DNA from: Phoronis australis
Lineage: Eukaryota > Animalia > Phoronida
Reading direction: 5' to 3'
Assembly: GCA_002633005.1 (NCBI GenBank)
Contig: NMRA01001056.1
Location: forward strand, 1-62,374
DNA length: 62,374 bases
Shown here piece after piece: positions 38,231 to 52,564 of the stretch. Under the pieces are notes generated by a model. It saw only the letters and a program-made list of their open reading frames with translations, did not search any database and had not been told where the DNA came from. Positions within the stretch are counted from its first letter, which is position 1, and every line of letters begins with the position of its first letter. The position numbers and the translations under genes are program-made.

Positions 38231-38388
38231 ATGGTGACGTCATACCGTGTGATCAGCCTGTGATGAGATGCCCATTTAGTGGGTTGGCAATGCCTGGCCT
38301 TGCCGATTTCCATGGTAAAATGTCAAATACTGACAGCTGTCAGTCACGAGCCCTGTCTGACCCCGTGGAGTACATGGAACACATACAG
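38231..38388 (+). CDS. Candidate host exon, unknown protein (phase 1 to 0)
   Basis: TTTTAG acceptor and CAG|GT donor. Open, GC-richer frame DGDVIPCDQPVMRCPFSGLAM...RALSDPVEYMEHIQ within AT-rich flanks. Confidence 0.5.
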
Positions 38389-38732
38389 GTTTGTGACTGT
38401 GTAATATGTGCAGTTTGGCAGTAAGTTCTCATTAATGTGTGCAATGCTTTTCTGTAATCAGATTGGTAAGCAATAAGTGATTGCACTGTCATCGATGACA
38501 CTATGATGTCAAAAAAACCCTCAAGATTTACTATTTCATGATAATATTTGGAATACATTATAGCGACAACTTAAAGGTGAGAAAGTAATGTCTCAGATCA
38601 GCCTCAGCGCGGAATCAAATTTTCAGCCTTCTACTGATGGAGCATCATCCCACACAATAAATGTATTATAAGTGTATCTGACTGTAAGTGATTTCAGGAA
38701 ATGTCTGATAAGAGTTGTAGATTTGAAATAAA

Positions 38733-41700
38733 TAGACCGGGATCCCAGAGCTTTTTTGGGCATGAAAAGGTAACCAATTTTCTTTGGTGCCACAGTGCTC
38801 TAGGGGTATCCTGATGCTTGGAAATGGCCGTCTGGCAGGTTCGCTCTGGTGGGTGTGGTCAGGGGAGCCAAGAGAATTACACTCAAAAATTGAGCTAGAT
38901 CAACTTTTCTGGTAACCACTTAAAACTGCCTTCAATACCTGCTACGTCATCCATTGTATCAAAATTGGTCACTGCCAGACAATTTCAGTGGTGGGGAATA
39001 CCCGCCAGACGAACATATACAGGGTACAAAAATTGAGCTAGATCAATCCAAGGGGTAACCACTTTAAACCAGTCGCAAAATATTCACCGTAAGCTCAGGT
39101 ATCACGAATGAACACTGCCAGACAAATCTAGTGGTGGGTTACCCCCGCCAGACACGCCCAAATACCTGAATTGAGCTAGATCAACCCATCAGGTAACCGT
39201 TTGAAACCAATTGCACGATGTTCAGCATCACTGAACATGGAACAACAGTTAGATACCAGACAATTTCAGTGGTGGGGTGGCCCTGCCAGACGATTATCAA
39301 AAAGGGTTAAAAATTGAGCTAGATCAACCCAAGAGGTAACCGCCTAAAACTAGTTCCAAAATATTCACCGTAAGCCAAGGTATCACGAATAAACACTGCC
39401 AGACAAATCTAGTGGTGGGTTAGCCCCGCCAGACACGCCCAAATACATGAATTGAGCTAGATCAACCCTGAGGTAACCACATAAAACCAGTTGCAAAATA
39501 TTCGCCGTAAGCCCAGGTATCAAGAATAAATACTACCAGACAAATATAGTGGTGGGTTATCCTCGCCAGACACGTCCAAGTACCTGAGTTGAGCTAGATC
39601 AACCCGCGAGGTAACAGCTTGAAACCATTTGCATAATGTCGAGCAACATTCTGCATACAAAAATATACTTTACAGACATTTTTAGCGGTGGGGCAGGAGC
39701 GAGCAGAGGTTTGGTAAGTCGCCCCTATCTCTCTACTCAAGTGAATATATCCTATTTAGGCCCGTAGCCAGCATTGAGCGAGGGTGGTTCAAATTTCAAG
39801 AACGGTGGATCTTGGTGTTTTGCAAACGTCGACACTGTAGAGTTTTCGGTGATGCCTTTTACGCAGCTTAATTAGGGGGAAGGGAAATCTGTATACATGA
39901 TGACGACTCATGTTCATGAGATGAGAAGGAATTTGTAATACCAGATACGAGGATGCTGTGACGGTTGCTCGCAAAGAACGGGACACAAATTAGGATGTAA
40001 TGTGGTCCAAAAAGAGAACACTCTCGCGTTATTTCCTGCCGAAGTTTCAAATCGGCCATGCTTAAATGAGTGATTACACCTCATTGCATACTCAGACGGA
40101 AATGTGAAGTCTACTTGGCGAATGACTTAACAAAATTGTATATCTGGTTGTATTTTAGCGTGTTACTTAAGTTGCTTACATCGCTGGAAATGAGGACATC
40201 CCACTATTTCGAAAGTTTACTACTCGGAAGGTTCACTGGCTATTCTGAAGGTTCACTGACTATTCTGAAGGTTCACTGACTATTCTGAAGGTTCACTACT
40301 TCAACGATTCACCACTTCGAAGATTCACCGTTCCAAAATATCTAAACTTTCAGACTCAGATGTAATTTTTAAACTTTTACATGCTAAAATGAACGATGTT
40401 TCAGCTATTAGATGCACCTATACCAAAAACAATGCCCGGGCACTAAAACACTTTGGATTTTATGTAGACAGTGACCACCGTCTCCAGCTGGCCAACACAA
40501 CCAGAAACGGTAATCAGATTTCATGCACATGCGAAATTGCCCGCATGTCTTAAAATGAGTACACACTTGCATTTTAAAATGATATGAAGTAGAAATACTG
40601 ATGAATTATCAGCCATGACACAATTCATCAAATCCATGTCAAGATCGAATCGCAGCGCGACGCACACAGCCTGGTCGAAATTAAATGAAGTTACTAGGCC
40701 ACCCTGTCCCTGCCAGTCCTCACGAAGTCAGGGAGTCCCATTTAGTCTTCTTAAATTTGAAACCGCCGTTGGTCGCCGCAGCCGTGCCCCAGATGTTGTC
40801 TCTGCTTGAGAATGAGTCGTGATCACACAACCAAAGTAGTGAACTGTCGGAATTCTGGGCCCAGTCTCGAATCTTTTTACTCGAAATGGAACTCGAAATA
40901 ATGTTTGGCATTTTTTAATCTACTTTTGTGCGAACTCAAGATAAGTGTCCATTACTTAATGCTCGAATACATAATGACTTACGTGGATGATTGATTAGTC
41001 CTAGTTTGCAGTTGACAAATTCAACATTAAACCTAAAAGTTTGAGTTTAAACTCGAAGTTTCGAGTTTTTACTCGAGTTTGAAGCACGCATATAAGGGTT
41101 TTTAAGTGCAAACTTGGACTAGAAACTCATATGCATGAACTATAATTATTCGAGCACAATCTGATAACCACTTATCTTGAGTTCGCACAAAAAGAGCAGA
41201 GAAATTGCCAAAAATAATTTCCAGTTCGTTTTGAGTACAAAGAATAGGACCGGGCCCAGGGTTTGGAATAGTGGAAATTCAAAGTAGTGATCTTTAGAAG
41301 ATAACGAACCTTCGGAGTAATGGGCATTTTGAGTACTGGACCTTCGGAGTATTGAACCTTCGTCATAGTGACATGGAACCCTGGAAATCTTTTCCATCTA
41401 GTTTGTGGCTCGTATGAAGTCTGCAGGGTTGTGCACCATTGACATTGATTGACTAGAGAAGATTTTCATTGACCAAAGTTGAGGTCTATGTCTACCTTTC
41501 CATCATTACGTGAAAATGCTCAACTGTGTATTCTCAGTGCAAGAAAACACAGTAGTTGAAGGTCTGGCTTTTAGCACGACGGAGGACTGCCTATAATGAA
41601 CTTACTGTCAGCATGTACTGAATTTAAAAGAACAGAAGCGTTCAAACGTGTACGCGCATGCATGTCAATCAATCAATCAACAATCAAAGTGGACATTGGT

Positions 41701-44528
41701 TGAACAACATATTTGCATATTTGACGATCACTTTCAATTCAAAATTTGAAAATGCCTACTCTTCTACCGTACCATGGTTGCAATTAAACCAAAAATAGCA
41801 GAAAAACAAATCTCAATTTTTCTGCTGTTTTGTTTCTTGGCCGAGTTTAAGGCATTCACTCCGCACTACTTTTTGGGTGTTCTCTCGTTGTTATTTACAT
41901 TAACATGAAGCTTACTTAGGTCTTTGGGATAGACTTTATGCTTAGGTATAGACATTAACTTCTGGACTCACTTGGTACCCTTTGTTTTAGCCACCACGCG
42001 TGTGGTTTATGAATAACATAAAGCCTCCTCTTATCGTATGCACAATCCTGTCATCTACACAAACAGCTGCACTTGGGCGAAGTTTGCCGAGTTCGGTCCG
42101 ACGCCATGTGACGCGGTTTGAATCAGAAGCGAATTCAAAATTATTGCTAACTTAGTTATCATTGTAGTTAGCACCAGTAGCTTCAACAATTTTGTTGTTA
42201 TTGTCCAATTAAACCCTATCTTTAACGAATATGCTGGGGGGTGGACCTTTTCAGCGGGGTCGGGGGTTCAATTGAACCCCCCGAACCCTCCCCCCGGCTA
42301 CTGGCTATGGGCCTGTACTATTAATAACAAAAGTAAAAAAGGTGAAGCATAAACTAGATTCTTTATTTAATTCAACTGCAATTCAGTCACTGTTTCCAAA
42401 AATATTATACATAGTGGTTGAATACCCCCTTCCCCAATGTGGATGCCCGGGTCCGTCGCCACGGTGGCTGAGCACCATATACAACATCTATGAATAATGA
42501 ATTCGAACGTGTTTTATGTTCACTATGAAGACAAAAAGCGAACAGTTCCATTGCCCGCATATCTGTGAAATGATTGTCAATCTAACTAAAATGAAAAAGT
42601 AATAGGACTCGTTATACCCACGAATCAGTTGTGAATAACATATTCGCAACATGAACAGAATTTTTTATCTACGTTACAGCTTTGATAGTTTCCACGAAAT
42701 CTAACACGACCATACGTACCCAATATCACGTGCCGCAGAGGTGTTTTCAACCTTTTTGGAGAACACCATATCAAACATAAAAAATACAGACTGTTTTAAA
42801 GAGAGGTCAACAGCCGATCTATTGAAGTTCTAGCCCTTCTTCGCTCGTAGCACTGAGAACGCATCGTTTTCCAGCGCTTCACGTAATATTGGGTTTGTCA
42901 ACTTCAACTTTTGGTAAAACAATGCATTGCCCATCTGGCATAGTTTGGGCGGTCCAGGGCAAAGAATACATCTAGCGTAGTCGGGAAAATGTTGATATAG
43001 CCACTGAAGTCATTGTTCTCGACGCATCTATGGAGTTCTCTGTGGGCTGGGTTTATGAGAAAAACGAAGATTTCCCAAAACTGACCAGTTTTCCCAAATT
43101 TGCCATTAATCACTGTGTGAAATGAAGGTAGATGGCGCGCAAACATAACACAGGCGACAGCAAAAGACGGAATTTTGGTTATTATTCCTTTTAGCAATTG
43201 CATCAAATGACTCGTCCAAAAACAAAAGGACGCAGTTTAGACTGGTAAAATAGGACAAAGAAAAATGGAAATTAGTGCAAACACAATGTGATATCCGTCT
43301 TGGACGGGTTTTTAGGTTTTGTTTTTAATAGTGAATTATGTGGAGTAATCCGCTGTTTTCGCATGGACTTGTGAGGTCGCTCCAACCTCAGGCGCGATTT
43401 TTCTGGTTTTCATGCCCTGACATAAACTTGCTGACAAAAATCTCTCACCTTGTGCAGTGACCTATGTCGTACAGACTTCGTGGCTGTATTGAAAATTAAA
43501 GTGCCTGGTTCCTGATTGTGATGCTTATTCAGCATAAATGCGCTTATAATCAATTTTGTTTCAACTCTTTATTTGTCTGATGGAGGCATCTTACTGTTTT
43601 GCCACGTGCAATGAGGCTGAAAATCGGGCGATTGGTTTCAAGCGGTTTCCTGGTGGGTTGATCTAGCTCAACTCAGGTACTTGGGCATGTCTGGCGGGGA
43701 TAACCCACGCCTAGATTTGTCTGGCAGTATTTATTCTTGATACCTGGGCTTACGGCGAATATTTTGCAACTGGTTTCATGCGGTTACCTCTTGGGTTGAT
43801 CTAGCTCAATTCATGTATTTGGACGTGTCTGGCGGGGCTAACCCACCACTAGATTTGTCTGGCAGTGTTTATTCGTGATACCTTGGCTTACGGTGAATAT
43901 TTTGGAGCTGGTCTTAGGCGGTTACCTCTTGGGTTGATCTAGCTCAATTTTTAACCCTTTTTGATAATTGTCTGACAGGGCCACCCCACCACTGAAATTG
44001 TCTGGCATCTAACTGTTGTGCCATGTTTAGTGATGCTGAACATCGTGCAATTGGTTTCACACGGTTACCTGATGGGTTGATCTAGCTCAATTCTGGTATT
44101 TGGTCGTGTCTGCCAGGGATAACCCACCACTAGATTTGTCTGGCAGTGTTCATTCGTGATACCTGTGCTTACGGTGAATATTTTGCGACTGGTTTCAAGC
44201 GGTTACCTCTTGGATTGATCTAGCTCAATTTTTGCACCCTGTATATGTTCGTCTGGCGGGTACTCCCCACCACTGAAATCGTCTGGCAGTGACCAATTTT
44301 GATACAATGGATGACGTAACAGGTATTGAAGGCAGTTTTAAGTGGTTACTAGAAAAGTTGATCTAGCTCAGTTTTTGAGTGTAATTCTCTTGGCTCCCCT
44401 GACCACACCCACCAGAGCGAACCTGCCAGACGGCCATTTCCAAGCATCAGGATACCCATAGAGCACTGTGGCACCAAAGAAAATTGGTTACCTTTTCATG
44501 CCCAAAAAAGCTCTGGGATCCCGGGCTA
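38733..44528 (-). mobile_element. Non-autonomous Academ, copy 2 (opposite orientation to copy 1)
   Basis: TAG...CTA ends, AAA TSD, modular TIRs, and transposase relic at 42904-43206 (FFALDRPNYARW). Confidence 0.87.
40858..41256. mobile_element. Harbinger-like MITE (CTCGA family)
   Basis: CTG|GGCCCAGTC...GACCGGGCC|CAG. Confidence 0.75.
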
Positions 44529-44708
44529 AAAATCACAAAAACAAATATGTATTTTTCATATCTCAACAATAATCCCAAAAATGTGTATTTCGACTGCAAA
44601 ATGATTGATGTCTGTTTTTAAACAGACATCAATCATTAAAAATGTATGAAACAGTATAGTTATTGAATTTCAAAAATAAGGGGCAAATTGGACATGTGAT
44701 TTCCTGCT

Positions 44709-44790
44709 ACCATATTTGCCCTAATAAGCGCCCATGTCCCCTATAAGCGCCCCCCCACGCATTTTTAGACTTCGCTAAAAGAAGCGCCTA
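44709..44790 (+). mobile_element. End of a TA-type (pogo-like) element
   Basis: TACCATAT... followed by TAAGCGCCC repeats. The other end was not found. Confidence 0.4.
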
Positions 44791-46293
44791 GCCCATGAAC
44801 GTGTCATGAGAAAAATGCCTTACCTACTGTTCTAAAATTCTACAGTAACATCTTCAATTTATCAATAAGATTCAACAGTCTTGAAAAAGTCATTGTGTGC
44901 AGAATTTGTGGAGCCTCACCGCTATGTCAGTATTTAGCCATCACTATCCACAGTAGTATAGTAAGTCATTTAGACGCCCCGTTTTGAGGGTCTCGGTCAA
45001 AGGTCATCTATGTGAAAGGAGGTCACGTGGTATAACTGCGATCGGGACACCTACCGGACGGATGTGTCAATGACGTCATGACGTAATAGGTTTAATTGGT
45101 TAGACACCTCGTTTTGCGGCTCCTAGCAACGGATTGAAACAAAAGAGGGATGATAACAAAACGTGAATTACCTTAGTTCGTGTGCGCCGAGTGTCGTTGT
45201 ATTTTGTGTGTTCTGTCTCATCAAAAACAAAGGCAAAAAGGCGATAACCACCCAACCCAACAAAAGATGTCGTGTAAAGTCTAACCCAGGCCCCGACGGT
45301 ACTGTGCGAATCGTACTAATAATAAGAAGCGACCAGCTAACGCAGAACATAAAACCGATAGCGTTTAAACGTGTATTAATGACAAACCAACACTACAAAT
45401 ATCATACGAATATAAAATCATCAAAACGTTCAGTAGGCTATAGCAAATTGTTCAAATGTCCGAATTAAATGTTAAAATCATCAAAACGTTCAGAAAAGTA
45501 GTCTATAGCAAATTGATCAAATGTCTGAATTAAATGTTCAAAGGTCCAGTGGTGACGCCGTCGTCGAAAACTTGTCGTTTGGGATAAAAGTAGGTGAACG
45601 CGCACCTCTCTTGCAGGTAGGTATAGTGTTGGAAATAGTCTGATTAACCAAGAGAGAAAAGAAACTTTTCAGGTTTAACCGAGTATTACTAACGGCATAC
45701 AAAATTGAATAAAGACGGATGAATGCAAAGTGTGACGTCAAGTTTTCGTTCACAAATATAATCAAAGCAACTTATGACTGAGCTTTGAAATATCTTACAT
45801 AATCATCGTGTAAAGTTTGGGCTGTCCCAAACACGTCTGGGCACATACGCGTCGCAAATAAATGATCGTCTATATATGTTGAATACATAAATTTCGCCAA
45901 ACACGCCTTTCTTGATACTCGTTATGTGTATTTCCAACTAAACAACTGGGCCACACACGCGTCGCAAATAAATGATCGCCTATGTATTATTGGGTGCTAC
46001 GCAACGTGTATAGAAACGCCTCAAACGCCGGCAATATAAGTCGACCGAGCACAGAAGACCGATGATACAGACTATTCCGAGATCGGAGTTTGCCAGTTAC
46101 CGGTGAGTTATCCTTTACTTCTCTTAGCCAGAAATTTCGTTTCGTGTACCTGATATACAACCTTTCGTTGATTTGACCAACCGTCCATACTCTATATTTT
46201 ATCTTATAGATAATTTTATTTTTTAAATTTTGTAGGTTAACCATCCTCTGAAGCTGTTTTTCACCCACACTACCTCTGAGGTGAGTTTATCGT

Positions 46294-47334
46294 AAACAAA
46301 CAGCTGCACTTGGGCGAAGTTTGCCGAGTTCGGTCCGACGCCACGTGACGTTGTTTGAATCAGAAGCGAACTTAAAATTATTGCTAACTTAGTTATCATT
46401 GTAGTTAGCACCAGTAGCTACAACAATTTTGTTGTTATTGTCCAATTAAACCCTATCTTTAACGAATATGCTGGGGGTGGACCTTTTCAGCGGGGTCGGG
46501 GGTTCGATCGAACCCCCCGAACCCTCCCCCCCTACTGACTATGGGCCTGTATTATTTATAATAAAAGTAAAAAATGGTGAAGCATTAACTAGATTCTTTA
46601 TTTAATTCAACTGCAATTCAGTCACTATTTCCAAAAGTATTATACACAGTGGTTGGATACCCCCTTCCCCAATGTGGATGCCCGGGTCCGTCGCCACGGT
46701 GGCTGAGCACCATATACAACATCTATGAATAATGAATTCGAACGTGTTTTATATTCACTATGAAGACAAAAAGCGAACAGTTCCATTGCCCGCATATCTG
46801 TGAAAGATTGTCAATCTAACTAAAATGAAAAATTAATAGGACTCGTTGTACCCACGAATCAGTTGTGAATAACATATTCGCAACATGTACAGAATTTTTT
46901 ATCTACGTTACAGCTTTGATAGTTTCCACGAAATCTAACACGACTATACGTACCCAATATCACGTGGTGTTTTTAGCCTTTTTCTAGAACACCATATCGA
47001 ACATAAAAAATACAGACTGTTTCAAAGAGAGGTCAACAGCCGATCTATTGAAGTTCTTCCTCGTACGTAGCACTGATAACGCACCGTTTTCCAGCGCTTC
47101 ACGTAATATTGGGTTTGCCAATTTCAACTTTTGGTAAAACAATGTTCCCCATCTGGCGTAGTTTGGGCGGTTCAGGACAAAGAATACATCTAGCATAGTC
47201 GGGAAAATGTTGATATAGCCACTGAAGTCATTGTTTTTGACGCATCTCTGGAGTTCTGTGTGTGCTCGGTTTGTGAGAAAGACGAAGATTGCCAAAAACT
47301 GACCAGTTTTGCCAAATTTGCCATTAATCACTGT
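46294..47334 (-). mobile_element. Internal fragment of the Academ family, without TIRs
   Basis: Near-identical to 42057-43116 and 59618-60650. Confidence 0.88.
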
Positions 47335-49142
47335 ACGTAAGCGCGTCGTATGGTTATCGATTATGTCACACTACCATTGTTTTCCTTGTTGCGTCTTTGT
47401 TGGATAAAACAGTGCATATCGTACCTTGCATGCACATCAGTCAGTTACCGATAAATACTTGCCATTATCTTTATCATATAAGAAAGAAAACAAAGTGAAC
47501 TGGATACGTCAATATACCGTTCTCATTGCGACGAGCTTGTGACCTTAACGGTTACCACACCACTTCAGGCTGTGGCGAGTATACATGTAGGTCAAAAATG
47601 ACGAGTAACGTGCAGTGCCTAATTCAGGACGACCAAAGCAATCATAAGTAGATGTAGAAGACTGGCACGCGCGCAAAACCGTTCTTACGATTCCAGCAGT
47701 CCTATAGTTCAATCTTGGTTCATGTTTCAGATTCGACTCAAATAAATACATCCTTTGAAACATGATGGCAGGAAATTATTGAGGATTTGCAAGATAATAT
47801 GGTAACGAGTTGCACTTCCCATAATCTATTAAAACTAAAAGTTAATTAGAAAAATCCCAGATTGGGAGGAAATGCCCTTGGAAAAGCCCAGACAAGAAGT
47901 GAGCACCGAGATTGGTGAATCAGTGTGTGCGTGTCCGATTCGTTAACTTCCATGCCGTTGAAAGCCCTGGGCAAAAACAACAACCCTTGAAATATGGTAT
48001 TGAATTGTGCATCGATTCAAACTAAGTCCTGCACAGGGGAGACAATCCTCACACTCCTGGACCCATGTTTCTGTTCTGATTACGTACGGTACAGCGTTGT
48101 TTTGTTTTTGCATTGAATAGGCAAATCCCGAAATACCCGAGCACCATCTACGATTCGTTCGCTTTCTACCAACAATTATGCGCGTTAGGAGGTGACTCGT
48201 TTCACTTAACTGTTGTGTTTTTGTGCATATCACTATTTTATGCAAATAATACGCCTTTCCTCATTCTGTCCAGTTACAATGCTGGCACGAAAAATTCGAA
48301 AGCTACAGGTGTGTTGTAATAAATTGTCCTCTCGTGTTATTCTCAGCTCAGAAGAGTTTCATAGCCTAAACAGAAACTGGGTCCATCATTCAACTAGTTT
48401 CTCTACCTCCCCAAAATGCGCATTGTTGGCCAGAGGGTATTCTGTTCTCGTGTACCAAAACACATTTCATTAATTTTCACTTTCATAATGTTTCCAAAAT
48501 GAATGTTTTCCCTGATTTTTCTGAAGTGTTTGCACAAATGCACACGAGCCATATAGGAGTAATTTAACATATATTAGCGCATGGGTCAACATACACACAT
48601 CTACACGTACGGTAAATATAAGCATTGCAAATTTAAATACTACTGTTACGTAGCCCAGATATCTAAGTGGGCCAATGTGCCCAGTGGAAACGTCCGCTAT
48701 GACGTAAACACAGTAATCACATCCAGCTCTATTCCTGGAATACGTAAACAACACGGATGTCAGAATTAATAACACAAAACATTACAGTATGAAGTTGATA
48801 TATAGAACAGTTTTGGTTTCTGGAGAATAGGTAGGTTACATCATAGGCGAGAGATTCTCAGGACTAAAACCGTATCAGGCTATAGCATTCTGTTTGCATT
48901 GGTTAGTTCGAGATTTACGTTCTTTTTATTATTGTTGCGCCAACGAAGTTCTAAATAGATTTACTGTAACACGTTTCAAACTGTATCGTTAAGTAATTGC
49001 ACGTGAGACTACAATATTTATATGATTTTTTTTGTCAGTTCTGTTGTGACCTTTGTTTAACAAGGGATTATTGTAATAGTCAGATATTATATGCAGTCTA
49101 TAAGTGTTATTTTTGCAGATGTCGTTTCATTTTGTAGGTAAT

Positions 49143-49294
49143 CAGGGAGGGATCGAGGATTTTTAGTTGGAGGCGGCAGAGTATTAGCCAGGATTTTGAC
49201 CGTCAGATATTTCCAACTCCGAACTGCCAAATGGAATGTGGGAGAGTTTTAGGGTGGGCCATGCCCCCCCTGACCCCCTCTAAATCCGCCACTG
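49143..49294. mobile_element. Small hAT-like MITE with 5-bp TSD
   Basis: CAGGGAGGGATC...AATCCGCCACTG ends, with GTAAT on both sides. Confidence 0.55.
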
Positions 49295-49939
49295 GTAATT
49301 ATATAATTTGGTTACGAATCATTTCGTCCCGATAACTTTCTGGTACACGGTAAACACACCCACGCAGCGTTGTGCAAACTAAAGCAGACGTGTTGTTTTA
49401 ATCACTTTTGCTTTTGAATAATCATCAAATCTGAACCCAACAGATTTTCGTCATATTAGCGTTAATTTGACCTCACACTCAAATGGGAAGCACATAAAAT
49501 GGCCAAGACACGGTTAAGGGTAATAGTGGACCGTAAACGTCCTGGTGTCGTCCTGATAGCTCGATGGCTCATTTCCCCCTTCAATGTGGCTGTTGAGATA
49601 GTGGTCATTGATTAACCGGTGACGTTTTATATTCTCAATTACGTGGCAAATAAACGTGTAATGGAGTTAAATAAATTAAATCATGCGTTGACGGCAGGTT
49701 ATTTGATCATTTAAGATGAGACAGTTGCATCTATAGTACGCAAGGCATGCCTGTTAGTACTACCAGCTTACTGTTAAGCGTTTTTAACAGCGGGTAGTAA
49801 TGTAGTTATCTTTTTAGTAAAAATTGTATTGAAAGCAACAAGGATAGCATGAAAACGGAGACGAGGAAGTGGATGACCAAGAATACATGTATAGATAAGA
49901 TTATACGTCAGTCAATGTACTAATAACAGTGACATTGAC

Positions 49940-50215
49940 AATAGCAGTGACAGTTATAGAAATAATACTAATAGTAATAGTAATAGTAGTAAAACTAATA
50001 ATAGTAATACAAATAGTAATAGTAGGAGTAGTAATACTAATACTAATAGTAGCATTACTAATAGTATTAGTAATAGTAGTAATAGTAATCGTAATAGTAG
50101 TAATACTAATGGTAGTATTACTAAATGTAATAGCAATAGTAGTAATGGTAATTGTTATAGTAGTAATAGTAATAGTAGTAATAGTAATAATAATAAAATA
50201 ATAATAACAAGAGCG
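49940..50215. repeat. (TAA/TAG)n trinucleotide low-complexity tract
   Basis: Visible ATAGTA/GTA runs. Confidence 0.95.
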
Positions 50216-50935
50216 TAGTATAACTAGCACCACTATTATTGTTATGGTTACTGTTATAAATCAATTAAAATTATGTGTACTAAGGAATTTCGATAGTAGA
50301 TCCTATTTTGGTATTGTTGCAAGTAAACTTGAAGCAAGTTCTTGTGAAAATTCAGTTCCTGGTTTCCATGTTGAGGTTCAAGTGGAAAATACATGTACCT
50401 TCTGTCGAAAACAACTTTTGATTAAGACCACCTATTGTAACAAAACTGGTCTTGCCTTGTTCGTTACTCAGTTTCGGAAGAACTTTTCTAGCCAGAGAAG
50501 AACTTGCAGTTCTTTTGAAAAGCGAACACAATGGACAAAAGCACATGAGTAACACACGAACAACACCCGGGATAAGATAACACTCGGGGGATAGCCGCCT
50601 CTGCTTATAAACATAATAAAAACGAATCAATTTGATAGGGAAGCATGTGTCTAAAAGCGAATAATCCCGTAAAATGGCGTCAACTTGCTCCTTTCTTAGA
50701 GTAAAAGTGAACTTGAGAGGACTCGTCAGTCCCGTATTTCTTGAGCCCATGATGCTGGGTGCATAAAATGACCCGCCTGGTTAAGTCGTTATAGTGAGAC
50801 TGATCTCGAACAATAACAAAATACAGAAATCAATTCTTATTAAAGCAAGAAGCAAATTGAAACAGCACATGTGTACGTCGTCAGTGCAGTGTTATTTTTA
50901 ACAGAAGGTGAGTTTACTGTGCCTTTAGTATCCCT

Positions 50936-51201
50936 GGGGTTTGTTTCATGAAAGGGATTTGAGACTTGTGACAGAAATTTGGTCCAACGCTCCTCATTAC
51001 TATTTTAGAAAAATATTTAAATCTCACATGAGCAAAAATGCAGTCTCTGAAAATATACACGAAACGGCTGGTTTCCGAGATACGTTCTATAAATTATTCC
51101 CAGACGGTAATGCGCTCCTAATTATTTGACTAAATTTTTATTCAGCAATGGATTGGGCGCGTAAGACCATGTTTCTTAAATCATTTTCATGAAACGGACC
51201 C
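50936..51201. mobile_element. Harbinger-like MITE
   Basis: TIRs GGGTTTGTTTCATGAAAGGGATTTGAGA and TCTTAAATCATTTTCATGAAACGGACCC. Confidence 0.65.
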
Positions 51202-52253
51202 TTGGTGATCAGGCAACCACCATGATTTAAGGAAAATACACGATCATAATATTTAAACCCATTTTGAGTTAAACGTTTCAACCGTTAGTTATTGTGCCCA
51301 ACACGTCGAGGAAGCAGCGGTATGAAGACACATTCAAACAAAACCTTCCTGGTCACCAAGGATTGAGAAAGTCGAATCTTATAGTTATTTATATTTGATA
51401 ACCACTATGAACCTGAAGTTTTAAAAGTCTATTTTATGCCACGTGAAGCTATTGTTTTTTGAGCTGCGCGATTGCTAACCTCTTTAAAAGAAGGACTTTA
51501 ATATCAAACTACTGAGATTTTCAGACTTAGGCAGGGAGTAGGCACATAAACCTCCAATCGTTGCTAGTTGGTTAAACCGATTTACGCGCGGTTTGGTTAA
51601 AACAAGAGTTGCACTATTGTTGACAAGAATGGTTCCCATCGGTACACTAGCCAGTAAACGTGTTTCACGGGTCAACAGACGCGCTCAATTCACAGCGAAG
51701 AAGACTAAAGTTGTCCAAACAAACGCACCTACATGTAACAGCCAGCTACTGTACAGAAAGAATTATGTGCCTCTGCACAGACTGTTTTCGTTACAAGACC
51801 TAAATTTCAAAAGCTAAATATGCCAACAACTGCATAATGTACATGTATGGCGTCGGCGTCATTAATTTTAACCTCCAGTCATAAAGAGCTCAGCCATCTA
51901 TTACGTACATCTATTGTCTTCATATCGCGTTCAAACAAACGCCTGTCAAAAAAACTCGATCACTTTCCACATGCAGTTCGGTAGCTAAAGCGCACGGTCT
52001 TGTGATCTAGCACGTGCAACATGGAAGCGTTAGAGGTTGTTGTTCACCCTCGGATACAGCACCACCATGTAAAAGTGGCCCTGTGACATCAGTGGTGATG
52101 AACAAATACAACTGCATGACATGGGCATCAATGATTTGGACGTGTGTCGTATAAATGGTGCTCAATGAACCACAAAGGTATTGCTGATCGTTGTTTTTTT
52201 GTTTGACACCCTTTAATCTCGTGTGTGTCAAAAAACAGGAATGGAGTAGTTAC

Positions 52254-52365
52254 CTATCGGCGACCTGTTTGTGTTTGAGGACCTGGCTTTCGGGCCCGTC
52301 CTGAGGCGCTTCTGTTCGTCGGGTTACTGGCGAGGTTCTCAAAACGGGTCGTCGACGGGTAACTA
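52254..52365 (-). CDS. Candidate linker exon following the Sushi exon
   Basis: CATAG acceptor compatible with phase 1, AG|GTAAC donor, and translation VTRRRPVLRTSPVTRRTEAPQDGPESQ... Confidence 0.5.
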
Positions 52366-52564
52366 CTATGTAACGGAGCCAGCTATGACCATTGATCCTG
52401 TCTCGAAGGCATCGAGATTTCTCAATAGGTGTAACAGTATGCTGATGCGTTCTCAACACAGACAATATTATTTCAAAACCAATAGGAATGTTAAAATGTT
52501 ACTTCGTTCTGCTAATCAATGAGACGCCATGCTAGATAAGAAAATACACATAAGAACAACTTAC

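Noticed and set aside
49901-50233. Ile/Thr, Ile/Val and Leu-rich ORFs
   Set aside because: Translations of a trinucleotide microsatellite.
50560-50825. SINE-like or structured-RNA-like segment
   Set aside because: No recognisable pol III A/B boxes, tRNA head or hammerhead core, and it is single copy in the window.
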